Made by a program: the position numbers and the translations under genes
Shown here: positions 51,681-63,959 of the stretch, piece by piece
Numbering within the stretch: position 1 is the stretch's first letter
How the letters are laid out: every line of letters starts with the position of its first letter
The notes under the pieces: generated by a model
Told to the model about the DNA's origin: nothing
Seen by the model: only the letters and a program-made list of their open reading frames with translations
Databases searched by the model: none
Assembly (NCBI GenBank): GCA_030264375.1
Contig: JASCQW010000112.1
Span: 47,551,803 to 47,615,802 of the forward strand
Source: Carcharhinus longimanus
Lineage: Eukaryota
DNA: 64,000 nt
Direction of reading: 5' to 3'

Positions 51681-54364
51681 TCCACACTGTCAGATGCTGT
51701 AGGGCAGGCTCCGTAGGTGTAAGACAAACTTTAAAAACAAAACCAGGATATTCCAGCTAAATATTTTACTTAAAACATAACTCATCCATACAATACAATC
51801 TTTTAATTACAGTGCACATAACATTTCTTTTTCTTACTTTTTAACACAAATTATTGTGTCAGTGACAAAATAAATCCATGCATAAACTATAAAGCTCCAT
51901 AACTGTGACAAGGGCACTATATACAAATCATAAATGAATAGTGCTAATATTTATCTCACTCTTTGAGCCAATTGTGTAGCTTCCTGCTATTCATTCAGTT
52001 AAAGCTTTGCTCAGTTTTACCATTATTCCACAATGGATTCAGTTCCAAATAACATTAAATTTTCTCCAAATGTTTTAGCAAAAACTTTCAACTACAGCAA
52101 CAAGTGAAAGTGCAGGTGTACAGTACTTGTATCAGTAAAGCCCCTTATGGCATTTCTTTTACTTTCACACCCAGTTTTGTGTTGTGCTATTTTGTGCTTT
52201 GTACGCTTTCTGTTGCACTTTCATTCGGACCTCATTTGAAAATAATAGTGTGATTGAAGGGAACATCTATATATAAAATAAATCAAGAAAGAAAAACCTT
52301 ATTATCTTTTGAGCGATGATGTTTTCTAATCCAAAAGTACTTACAACAGCATCTAAAGTTCTGAATTGACAAAACATTTAGATGAACTTGATAATTAGGT
52401 TATTGTCATTGTTCGACTGGACTCATGCATTAAATTTATTAAATCATGCTCTGAGACTATTGCTAAAGATGACTTTGGGAGAAGCCAGAAATATTGGAAA
52501 ATGTCCCTGCAGCATAATACTGTCATTTTTTTCTTTTGATGTCGCACTCCAGGCTAAAGAAGACTCTAAGTTGACCAACAAGACTGACACTTGCCAGCAT
52601 TTGGCTACAACATAGAAAGAAAGTCCTGATGAACGTACAATTCTATAAACATTATAGAGAATTCAGCAGTATTATTTTGATGGAGCTAACTGAGTGAATA
52701 AAAGCAAGTGAAGCAGTATTCACATCCAGCTTGAACGACTGTGCAGCTATTAAATGTGTGTGGCTCAGCTGGCTTCTTTACTCACTTAAAATGCAGTGAT
52801 GAAAATATGGTAAAATGCTGCAGTGAACTGAGATGAATAAAATTACTCTATTTCACTTGTATGTGCAAGTTTAATAATGTGAGACTTTAATGCACAAATT
52901 AACTAATCATTAACATAATGCTGTGGCCCCTTGTTAATTGAATACTGTGAGCTTTGGGCAAAGCTTCAGCGTACATACCGAATGCACAGACAATGCATTC
53001 TCAGTCTTCATGTTGAAGTGTCACTGACAGCAACAGGCCACTGCATCAAGATGCCAACCTTCCCATGGTCTGCTATCAGCCTTGTTACTCCCTATCTAAT
53101 GGAAAATCTATCATTGGGTATATTTTATTGTATAAACCCCACAGAACTGTTGAAATATAAGAGAGTAAGGGTATCAATAAATGTATAGTAGTTTTCTTCC
53201 TAAAACCCAAAAAAATGCCTTAATAGATCACAAATCTGTGTAAAAGTATACTACAAAGCCATATTCAAAAGAACAAGGAGGAAATGGTGAAGAAAGACTG
53301 TAAGTACTTTATCCTTAATCCTGCAGATTTGATGGGCTAATGGCCTTTCTCTGCACATTGAGGGTTCAGTGAGATCTTAAAACTATTTTTGGATGCAGAT
53401 AAATTGAGCCTTTGGGTCTTTGTCTTGTGCAGGTCAATTACATCCTTTGCAGCAACAAAAGATAAATGACAAGATTTTAACATTCTGACTGATGTAATGG
53501 TGTCAACCAGGCAACGCTGATAGTACAAAATGAGATGTTGATTAGCTACTGCACAACCTAGTTTGCTATAACAATGTGAAGCCAAACTTATTTGGCTGCA
53601 TAGAAGATCCCACCATCTAAGCCAGTCAGAGGAGTCCCAATGGAAAGAAAAATTCTGGCGGAAGCCAGGAATTCTAAGAATTCCAAGCCCTGGTTCTGAA
53701 TGCTGTTTGTTAGAAATGTGTGCAACATGCTTAGAGTCGGGGGATTTGGGGTCCCCTGGCTTCCCTTCCATAGTGACCTGGATACCAGAATGGAACCCAT
53801 CCATCTGAAGCATTTTAAACAAACCAACACAACTATTTTATTCAATCTTCTAATGAAGGGGGAGTGATAAAGCAGGGATTTAAAAATAATCTTAACTAGT
53901 TGATCCAGCTACTGATTATGTAGCTGGCCAGCCTGTATTTCATACCCCGACAAACCCACTGTCACTCCCGCCCATGCACCTTAAGAAGCATTCATAGTCG
54001 TGTAAGTGCCTGCTGTTATTGTGCTATTCTTCTTAAGTAACCCATTCTGAAATTGCAAACACTTCTGGGGTCAGCAGCAGAGGTGATACCTGTTCCTATG
54101 TATTTCTTGCAGCAGGCTACAGCTATGCTGGGGGAGTGTAATTTTAATCTAACCTGCCCAAAGGGAAATTACAAGATTAAATTGGGTGCCCAAATTTACA
54201 CTGTCTGATTTTACTTTCCATTGAAGTAGACTGAAACTGGTATAATGTGGAGTGTTAAATATGTGATCAATGACTGTTTCCATTGGATAGATAAACTTAT
54301 TCCAAGAATTTTCAGTCCCTGATTGTACATAGTTTCACAAAAAGAAAGTTTGATTCAGTATGAT

Positions 54365-54675
54365 GGCATGGTGATTAACACTGCTGCCTCACAGTGCCAG
54401 GGACCGGGGTTCAATTTCCAGTTTGGGTCACTGTCTGTGTGGAGTTTGCACATTCTCCCCGTGCCTGTGTGCATTTCTCTGGGTGCTCCAGTTTCCTCCC
54501 ACAGTCCAAAGATATGCGGGTTAGTTGAATTGGCCATGCTAAATTGCCCACTAGTGTCAGGGGGAATAGCTAGGGTAAATACATGAGGTAATGGGGATAG
54601 GATCTGGATGGGATTGTGGTGGTTGCAGATCCGATGGGCTGAATGGCCTCCTTCTGCAGTGTAGGATGCTATGAA
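54365..54675 (+). mobile_element. HE1 SINE
   Basis: Full head, V-domain and CR1-type tail. Confidence 0.88.
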
Positions 54676-55976
54676 TTTTATTTTCAACTTCAGAGAGAAC
54701 ACAGTAATATATTTTATTGATATGAACTGTTGGGCATTAACATTCTTGTAGTGACTTCAGTTGAATTGATAATTCAATTATCTGTTTCTGAAACAAGTGA
54801 GCTGTGTTTTAAAAGTGTTTCTAATCTGAATTTGCTCGGTGAATCTACCTCTCTGTTTTCTGAACGATAACACTGACCAGATGGTGGAGCAGTCAGATAT
54901 AGAATGAAAAAATGCCCAAAATTTACACTGTGTTCAATATGTTCCTGATTAGATTTGACATTGCAGACTGGACAGCCATTAACACCAATATTAAACTTTC
55001 ATGAAAATATAGACAGCTAGCAGAAGCCTAATGCTGACAGTACACTGTCCTACAGGTAATAATTACTCTTGGCTATTGCTAAAGTTAGAGTTACTAAGGA
55101 GATTCATTGCTCATGTCCACCAAATGCAGCTCAAGTATGAAACATATTTACATAATACAGCAATCCTCAATGGTATTTTAGTACGAATTACTGCAGCAAA
55201 ATAAATTCAGCACATATTTCTTCCATAATTATATCTTCAATGTTTGTCAAGTGCAAATTTTTCTATCTGACTGAAATTCCTAAAGAAAACATCCTAGACT
55301 TAGTTTTTTTTCATTTCCATCTAATTTAGACATTAAATATCTGTATATTTTTTCCATATTAAATTACTTAAAGGTAGATAGGTTAAATTAATTATACAGT
55401 GAAAAATAGGCTGGATTATTAACAATGTTTCGTGAATCCCTTTTCTGCAGGTCTCTTTCACAATAGTTCCCACATTCTTTATCTTTAATTCAATGCAACT
55501 GCAGTCCTCTATTCACGGTTCCTGGCACAAGGACTTCAATTGCATCTCTTAATCATTGTCTTGCTGTATACCAAATGCAAATGCTCCATGTAGTACATAA
55601 ATCAGATCACCAACACAGACACGTGCAGTTTAGCTCAATCACTGTCAAGCCGGTATCATCACATCTGTCGCTTACATGACAGTAATGAACTAGATACATT
55701 TTCTATTTATAAAGACTAAAATAAGTGCAGAAGCTAATGAGGCACTGGAGACTGCATCATCTGGCCTACATCCAGATAGTGTTCTTGCTGAAAAGGATTT
55801 ATTTAAATATTGAGGTGAATGTGATGCTTTCACGATTCTAAAGATGACATTGCAGTAAGGCATTGAGGAAGTGTGTCACAAAAAAACAGGTCGTCTGCTC
55901 ATTATCACACTGCTGTGCGAGTTTACTGTGTGCAAATTGACTGCAGCATTTCCTTCAGGCTGCGGTTACATGTGCC

Positions 55977-55995
55977 TCAACACTAGGGGGAGCAC
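55977..55995 (+). promoter_or_regulatory. Candidate CTCF site
   Basis: tcaACACTAGGGGGAGCac versus consensus CCASYAGRKGGCRS; motif match only. Confidence 0.35.
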
Positions 55996-56136
55996 TTTCT
56001 GCACATGTGCAGATGCAGTGACAATGTCAAAGCCTGTTACTGTGTAGAGTGACACAGATGTCTGAGAGTGACAGGTAGGCATTTTATTCATCATTGGTGA
56101 AAATTAATAAAAATTAACCAAGTAGTTAAGAAAATA

Positions 56137-56200
56137 AACTGTGGGCTCAAAACCATGACCCTGGGATTGACTGCCCCATTGTCTACCAATCAAGCTTGCC
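56137..56200 (-). pseudogene. Degenerate tRNA-Lys(CUU)-like sequence
   Basis: gtgggctcaaaaccatgaccctgggattgactgccccattgtctaccaatcaagct aligns by eye to the reverse complement of vertebrate tRNA-Lys-CTT; the anticodon arm and T-loop are mutated. Confidence 0.55.
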
Positions 56201-56307
56201 AATCTGCATAGGAACTCTCTGTAGAAAGTCTACCCAACTTGTTCCAATGAATCAAAAGAAAAAATATTGTTAGTGGTTAATGTGGCAGTGTTAAACCAGC
56301 CTTTTTG

Positions 56308-57107
56308 TGATGTGGAGACGCCAATGTTGGACTGGGGTAGGCACAGTTAGAAGTCTCACAACACCAGGTTAAAGTCCAACTGATTTATTTGGAATCACAA
56401 GCTCTTTCATCAGGTGAGTGGTCAGTTCCCAAACACGACATATATAGGCACAATTGCAAAATTGGAATGTGAAGAATGGTTGGAATGCAAGTCTGTAAAG
56501 GTAGTCAAGTTTTACAGGTATGAACAGTGTGCGTGGAGAGATGGATGATTACAGGTTAAAGAGGTGTGAATTGTCTCAAGCCAGGACAGTTAGTAGAATT
56601 TTGCAAATGGTGGGGGATACATGTAGTGTGACACGAAACAAGATCCCAATTGAGGCTGTCCTCATACGTGTAGAACTTGGCTATCAGCTCTTGCTCGATA
56701 TTCTGCATTGTTGTGTGTCTTGAAGGCCACCATGGAGACCCAAAGATTGGACGCTAAATGACCTTGACTGCTGAAGTGTTCCCCGACTGGAAGGGAACAC
56801 TCCTGCCTGGTGATTGTCGAGCGCAGCAAATTAACCAGCCTTTAGGAGAACAGTGACCACAACACCACACAACCCTGCCACAGTAACCTCTGCAAGACGT
56901 GCCAGATCATCGACATGGATGCCATCACCACACGTGAGAACACCGTCCACCAGGTACATGACACATACTCATGCGACTCGGCCAATGTTGTCTACTTGAT
57001 ATGCTGCAGGAAAGGATGTCCTGAGACATGGTACATCGGCGAGACCATGCAGACATTACGACAACTGATGAACGGACATCGCTTGACAATCACCAGGCAG
57101 GAGTGCT
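56308..57107. mobile_element. Penelope-like retroelement 3' fragment (GIY-YIG endonuclease), internally inverted
   Basis: Plus strand 56822-57105: ...TTQPCHSNLCKTCQIIDMD...YSCDSANVVYLICCRKGCPETWYIGETMQTLRQLMNGHRLTITRQEC (VVY..YIGET = GIY-YIG; one in-frame stop). The continuation RSTITRQECSLPVGEHFSSQGH and the 3' terminus are on the minus strand, 56823 down to 56308. Confidence 0.9.
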
Positions 57108-58029
57108 GGGTGGAAGTAGGTATTGGGAATCAGAGAGTTTCCTGATGTCACAATCTACCTCCATCCCAGCAATGCCAGCAGGTGGGATCTTCATCTCCTG
57201 CAGGACACAATGTAGATTGGAGTCCCCCAAGGTAGAGATGGAGATCCACCAATGCCAATGTGACCAAGATATAAAGCCTGCCTCTATTTCCAGATATATC
57301 AGCCCAGTTCTTCAGATCAATGCAAGCCTCCCTGCACCTTCCCGCTTAATATTTCATGAGGATGCTTAAAGGGGGCAGCACCATTTTTACTCACCTTATA
57401 CTCTTTACATCTCTGATCCATGGTTCATGCCTCCATTCTGCAGGTGCAATTTAGAATGGCTTCTAAGGTGCCTCCAGCTCACTGAAAATTCCACAAATTC
57501 TGAAACTCTTACTTCCAGAATGATGTTGGCAATATCTAAACAGCAGCAGGTGAGGTTCTGGCAACACCGGCTTCTGCACTCCTCTCAAATTAGCAAAAGA
57601 CAATTTTTTTTCTCATTCCCAGCTCTGTGCAGCCTCAAAACGAGACCCCAAAATCCAGCCCCGAGCTCCATGTTACAAAAAGGATATAGAAAAAATGGGG
57701 GAAGTGCTGAGGAGGTTTACACAGATGATAAAAGTTGAATAGGCTGAGACCCAGATTCTCTTAAAAAAATGGGATTGGAAGTTAACTTGTATGATGTCCT
57801 TAAATTTTTGGAAGGTTTGTTGGGAATTTGCCAAGAAACTGTTTCCATTTGTGAGTAAGTTAAAACTAGAAGCTATAAATATACGATAGATACTAATTAA
57901 TCAATTAAGAAATTCAGGTCAGGCTCCTTCATTCAGAGAGTAGGAGAAGTGAAATTTGCTACCCCAAGGACTAGGTAGGATGAATAGATGCGTTAAAAGA
58001 GAAGCTAAAGAGGCAAGGAGAAAGGATTT

Positions 58030-58325
58030 AAAGATTAAAGTTTATTTATCAATGTCACAAGTGTGTTTACATTAACATTGCAATGAAGCTACTATGAAAA
58101 TCTCTTAGTCGCCACACTCCGGCACCTGCTCAGGTACGCTGAAGGAGAATTTAGTATGGTTAATGTATCTACCCAGTACATATTTTGAACTGTAGAAAGA
58201 AACTGGAGCACCAGGAGGAAATCCACAGACTAGGGGAGAACATGCAGACTCCGCACAGTGACCCGAGCTGGGAATTCAACCCAGGTCTCTGGCGCTGTGA
58301 GGCAGCGGTGCTAACTACTGTGCCA
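58030..58325 (-). mobile_element. HE1-like SINE, alternative tail
   Basis: Reverse complement of the 6695-type consensus. Confidence 0.85.
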
Positions 58326-59597
58326 GAATGATATAAAGACAGAAGATGCTGGGAAAACTCAGTAAGTCTAGCTGCAGCTGTGGAGACAGAAACAGAATTA
58401 ACGCTTTGGGTCCAAATGACACTTTATCTATTGGGAGAATGAGATTAAGTAGATGGAGAGAGATGGAACTCATGTGGAACATAAAGACCAAATGGCCTGT
58501 TTCAATTCTGCAAATTTACAGAATATGTAACATTATTACAATTACATTAAATATGTTGTAAAATACGTTATAAAATATACATTTATGATCTCATAACACC
58601 TAGCACATGAAGAAAGTGTAAGATCACTGTGAACGGCAGAGCAGTTTGAGGGGTCGAATGGCCTATTCCTGCGCCTTGTTCACATGTAAGAAAATCTTCC
58701 TCCATAATTATTTAGCATTTTATCACAGAATTTCAAAAGTGTACCATAGAATTTGCTAAGCTTTACGTCAGCATTAGCTTCTTTTCTCATGGAATCCCAT
58801 AGGTTCACTTAGACACAATAGAATTCATTTAATGTTTTATGCAGAACAACAGCATGGAACTCGGTAGCAGTTAGAAAAATCATTCTAGGAGGATTTCCTA
58901 CCTGACAGTAGCAGAAAGCCTCAGTTCACATTTATTACTGTCAAATGCTGGACATCATGGTCTGTGGCCAAGTAACAGAGATGACTATTTTTCAAATCTC
59001 AAGCTGTGAGACACTGAAGAAAATAGTTGTCATTTGTCTTTAGAAGCATTTGATCAATGGGTACTAAGCTTCATTATATTTTCCATTAAATCTCTTGAGT
59101 CCTGGACCATATCATTCACACCTGACCAACACTGGTTTTAAGAAGATGATTTTTTTTTCTCTTTGTGGTGAAGCATCTGGCCAGTTTCAATTGCGCATAA
59201 TTTCTCTCTCTCAAAAATGCAACAATGCTTCTTTTAGATTTTTAAATGTATTCAAATTAAATCAATGCTAACTTACCTTTTTACTGAACCTCTGACGTAG
59301 AATATATCAGAACTACTTACAAAGGCGAGCAAGTAATGTGAGGGTTTCATGGGGTGATTTTCAACTTTGCAGCCTTTCCGGTTCATAATTGGAGCAGATG
59401 GCTTACCCTTTAAGAAACCCAACCGATTCCATTGTCAACAACAGGTGGGCAATCCATCCTGTCAGACTATCACCCAGGGGCTGAAGATGAAAATTACCCT
59501 ATGAGTCAATGGGGTTGATTTGTAAAGCTTCTGAGGATGGGAAAGAAATGTCAAAGCAATGTGGTCTAGGGAGAGGCAAGGAGATGCTGTGAGATTC

Positions 59598-59828
59598 AAA
59601 ACAGAAAATGCTGGAGAAACTCAGCAGGTCTGACAGCATCTGTGGAGAAAGAACAGAGCTAATGTTTTGAGTCTGGATGATCTTTCATCAGAGCTGACTA
59701 AGGCTCATCCAGACTCAAAACATTGGCTCCATTCTCTCTCCACAGATGTGGTCAGACCTGCTGAGTTTCTCCAGGATTTGCTGTTTTTGTTTCAGATTCC
59801 AACATCCGCAGTATTTTGTCTTTTTTTT
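59598..59828. mobile_element. Palindromic PLE-type non-autonomous element (family B) with decayed hammerhead motifs
   Basis: Arms 59598-59691 and 59694-59787 are inverted (aaaacagaaaatgctggagaaactcagcaggtctgac / gtcagacctgctgagtttctccaggatttgctgtttt). Both arms read CUGA(U/C)(G/U)A-A...aucca-GACUC-AAAAC-AUU. Confidence 0.75.
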
Positions 59829-59889
59829 AGACGCTGAGCAATGTTTGGTCTCCCGTGGTGCAGTGGAAAGAGCAGAGGACATGCAGTAG

Positions 59890-60270
59890 GCTTAAATTGG
59901 ATGGTGGGAGGGTGTGAACATCTCACCGGGGAAGCTTAAGGTGCAGCAAGAAAATGGAAAGATTTGAAGATAAGGACAAGGACTTTGGTGTTGACAGGAT
60001 GGGAACAGGAAGCCAGTATATGTTGATGAAAGTGACATATGGTGAAAGGGAAGGTTCTGGCCATGGCATCCGGGATGGGAAAGTTGGCAAAAAAGGACAT
60101 GCAAGAACTCAAGTCTATAGATAAGTAAGGCATGGATTAGGGTTTTCGAAGATGTCAAGTTTGCAAATGGGCAATGTTGCCTCTGTGGGAAAATACAGTT
60201 TTGACCAGATATCCAACAGGAAGACCAGCTTATGGTTGAACAGAATGTCAAGGTTGTGCCACACCTCAAC
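59890..60270 (-). mobile_element. Old L2-like LINE fragment
   Basis: KTLIHALLIYRLEF (cf. L2 ETLIHAFVTSRLDY) and KVLVLIFKSFHFLAAP. Confidence 0.6.
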
Positions 60271-60292
60271 ATTTTGAAAGACTTTTATTGAG

Positions 60293-60562
60293 CATAGAAA
60301 TATAGAAACTAGAAGCAGGAGTAGGCCATTTGGCCCTTTAAGCCTGCTCCGCTATTCATTATGATCATGGCTGATGGTCAAATTCAATATCCTGACCTCC
60401 CTTCCCCCAATATCCCTTGATCCCATTAGCCCCCAGAGCTAAATCTAATTTCTTCTTGAAATTAGACAATGTTTTGGCCTCAATTACTTTCTGTGGTAGT
60501 GAATTCCACACATTCACCACCCCCTAGGTGAAGAAATTTATCGTCACCTCAGTCCTAAAAGG
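60293..60562 (-). mobile_element. CR1 LINE 3' end (further short CR1 pieces ~3287-3430, 5115-5490, 5965-6120, 17560-17665, 23370-23640, 44705-44885, 57670-58010)
   Basis: catagaaatatagaaactagaagcaggagtaggccatttggccc...gaattccacacattcaccacc. Confidence 0.85.
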
Positions 60563-63500
60563 CAATTGTTATTCAGGCAGGGGAATTTAAAAATCTCAAG
60601 AATTACATGATATCTTGAGTATTTTCATGTATTAGGACAGTGGGGCAGTAGTATGTATTTAGGAGCAATTTTATTCACCATAATAACAGAAACGAATGTT
60701 TCCAAGTAATACAAAAGAATCAGCAAAGAACAACAAAGTTCCCCCAATGGTTCTGCTGGAAAATTTACTGATTGTTATGGCGCTGAATCAAAATGGGCAG
60801 GAAGGGTCAAGGTTCAATTTTCTGTGTGCTTGATTAGCCAATTTCACCCGGCCAGTATAACAAGTACAATTTGCCTCAACATCTCTGCAATAGGGATTGG
60901 AAAAAATAAGTTTCTGATTAATACTGAGCAATCTTTGCTAGAAAATCATTTTGTGTTTGCACATGTATTGAGAACAGGACGAATCTCTGCTGTGATGCCA
61001 ACTTATGTTGAAAAGCAAACTGACACTGAGCACTCATCCATGAAAAATCTGCAATATTTGTGAAATGATATTCCAGCATAAATTAGCATCTTCAGAAGAG
61101 AATAGAGCTGACCAGAATTCAATAGATAGAGTGAAATGCTTTGATCTGAAACAATTATAGTGCAGTCTTCCTCTCCTCAGAATTGATAACTGTCTTTCCC
61201 ATTCACCAGCCCCCGCCATCCACCCACCACTCCAGAGGGCTTTGATGCTGGTACTGATCAGCATGGACTTGGCAAGTTGGACCCTGAGAGCCCAGAAGAG
61301 CACCACCATCCCCTCTGCAAAGAGGGACATCCCACCACCCCCCTCAACTCAAATAATAGGTCACCTCCACAGCACACAGGTATGAGCACGAGTTTAATCT
61401 TTTGTCTATACTGATTTTTGGATTACAAGGCCATTATATTTACATAGGAGGACTAAACTTCAAAATCAGTTTACTGTTCAAAAATACATATACATGGCAT
61501 CAGAAAACCTTGAAAGAATGTCAGCAAGTACCTAAAACCGCCAATCAGACTGAGAAATCAACTCAATAGCTATAAAAGAGGGATTCCCCAGGCTCGCTAG
61601 CCACTGGCGAAAATCGCGATGGCCCATAAAATCAGGCTTCAGACAAAAAATTGCTTTTGGTGCTGGGTGCCAAATCCATCGCGATGCTCCCAGCCCATCC
61701 CATTGGCCATGATCTGCTTTCCGCCCATAGTGGGTGACAACCCAATAATTATGCAAACCTACAGGTTTGATGTTCCATTCACCAGCCCCTATCATCTACC
61801 CACCTCTCCAGAGGGCTTTGGTACTGGTAATGATCGGCGTGGACTTGGCGAGTTGGACCCTGAGAGCTCAGAGAAACACCACCATCCCCCCTGCAAAGAG
61901 AACATTCTGTCCCCCGGCGACCCCCAAAACTCAAATAATGGGTCACCTCCCAATCCCCCACAGCATATAGGCATGAGCGTGACCCAATGTCCCACAGGCC
62001 TCCTCCCCCATCAGACCACCCTCTCAGGCCCACCTTCAGGCTACATGCCTTCACAGTGCCAATGGTTCTCAATTCCCTGGCACCTTGGCACTGACACCCT
62101 GGCCTTGGGCTGGAGGGAGGTAGAGCCAGTGGCCATTAGCTACTCTGCAACTACCAGGCTGCAAAGTACAGTTCCATCAAGGGTCCTAGGGGTAGGTGGA
62201 TTTGGGCCAGGGGTAAAGGGTTGACTTCTCACCTCTGAAATGTGGTTCTCGGGGTTGGACTGCCCCTTCTATTCATGGGACACCTGAAGACAACTACTGG
62301 TGATGTCAGACAACCCTGTGATCAATTTCTGCACTGCTGCCTATCAGCTGTGAAAATTCTGAAATAGCAGTGAACTTTAACCTCCATGCACCTCCTAGCC
62401 ACCTGGCAGGACTTTAAATCACATCAATATTCCATTCTGTATCTGGAATTTTCCTTTCTCCTTGTCAGAAGCTGCAGGTGAGAGTAGACCCCTCTGAAGT
62501 CTATTGACCGAGAGGTGATATCAGTTTCATCTGAGGAGAGGTAGGGGTGGGCAGGAGTCTGCACTCTCCACAGCTCTGCACTCCACCCCTTTGTGTTAAC
62601 GCAACTTTGATATGAATTCTGTAGACTGAAAAAGAGGAAGTTAAACCACTTATTCACTCTGAAGAAACCTCTGCTACCAATCAGGAGTAGAGTCTATATA
62701 AACATTGTAGTTAACAACAATAGTGGTACTTGAGATACATTTAATTGTAAAAAAATATGTAAATAAACACAGACTGTCAATGGAAGTCGCTTTCAAAGCA
62801 CTGCACTTTGAAGTTGACAAAGATCAAAGGCTTCCAATGGAGTAGAGAGAGTTTCAAAGGGTTGAGCTTGCTAGGAAGACTCAGAGATCTTAAATTAAAG
62901 CTGTATGAATACAATGTGGCTGAGTGCACAGCTGGGGAGAATGGAAACAACCACCCCTGGTGAAACTGACATTTCCTCTCCTTCGACGGACTTCAAAGAG
63001 GTCTCCTCACCTGCAGCTTCTGACAGGGAGAAAGGAAAATCTCTGCTGCAGAATGGAGTGCTGCTGTGATTTAAAATGTGCTGCGACCGGGGTAGTACAG
63101 CTGACGGGCAGGAATGAAGATATTGATCTCAGAGCTGCCAGAAATCATCATGCCAGGGATGATCTTCAGCTCTGCTAGGGCCATAAGGGACAGTCCAGCC
63201 ATGAGACCCCTATCTTGGGAGGGTGGCGAAGTCAACACCTTGCCCCCCAGCTCGGCCCCAATCCCCAATACCCTTCCTCTGCAGCCTGGCAGCAGCAGAG
63301 TAGCAAATGGCCACTGTGCTTATGGTCCTTGACCACCCCCCCCCTTTGGGTCCAAGGCACCAAGCTAGGGTGTCAGTGCCAGGGTGCTAGGGTGCAGAGC
63401 TCTGTTGGCACTCTCAAGGTATGTGTCCTGAAATTGGGTCTGAGTGGGAGATGAAGGTGGGAGGGCAGCTACTGGGGCTCTGAGTGGGGAAGGGGGATGA

Positions 63501-63959
63501 GTGATGGCTGACTGGGGATGTGTGCTGAACGGGAGTGGTCTGAGTGGGGAGGGGGGCTGAATGAATGCTTGAGTGGGCAAGGGAGGATGAGTGGNNNNNN
63601 NNNNNNNNNNNNNNNNNNNNNNNNNNNNNNNNNNNNNNNNNNNNNNNNNNNNNNNNNNNNNNNNNNNNNNNNNNNNNNNNNNNNNNNNNNNNNNTTCTTT
63701 CACTGAAGTATCATGGACTGAAAATACATATTGGGAACTTAGGGAGTTACATGGTAAGCTGCTTAGTATGTTTTCTCTCTGTGTTAAATTAAACAGATAG
63801 AAAGTTGTAGTCTGCCAAATAGGGTGTGTGGCAGAATTCCTAATTTATATGCCTAAAGGTTCAAACTTTGTGCCAGGAGCACGAGAACCAATAATTCTAA
63901 TGGTGACCAAAAACAGAAATGGTTCCATTTCACTGACCTTTCTTACACATATGCTAATA

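Noticed and set aside
56137-56200. Functional tRNA-Lys gene
   Set aside because: The acceptor stem, anticodon and T-loop are degenerate; kept only as a relic.
56294-56843. aaccagccttt at 56294 and 56833 as a TSD of the Penelope insertion
   Set aside because: The second copy is inside the element's reading frame and not at its boundary; probably coincidence or microhomology.
57395-57535. Minus-strand exon candidate (tttAG...AAG|GTGAGT)
   Set aside because: The frame I could follow furthest ends in a stop and resembles no protein I recognise.
61619-62224. 201-aa ORF, the longest on the plus strand
   Set aside because: Lies across the duplicated and palindromic GC-rich repeat; Pro/Ser/Gly-rich with no recognisable domain.
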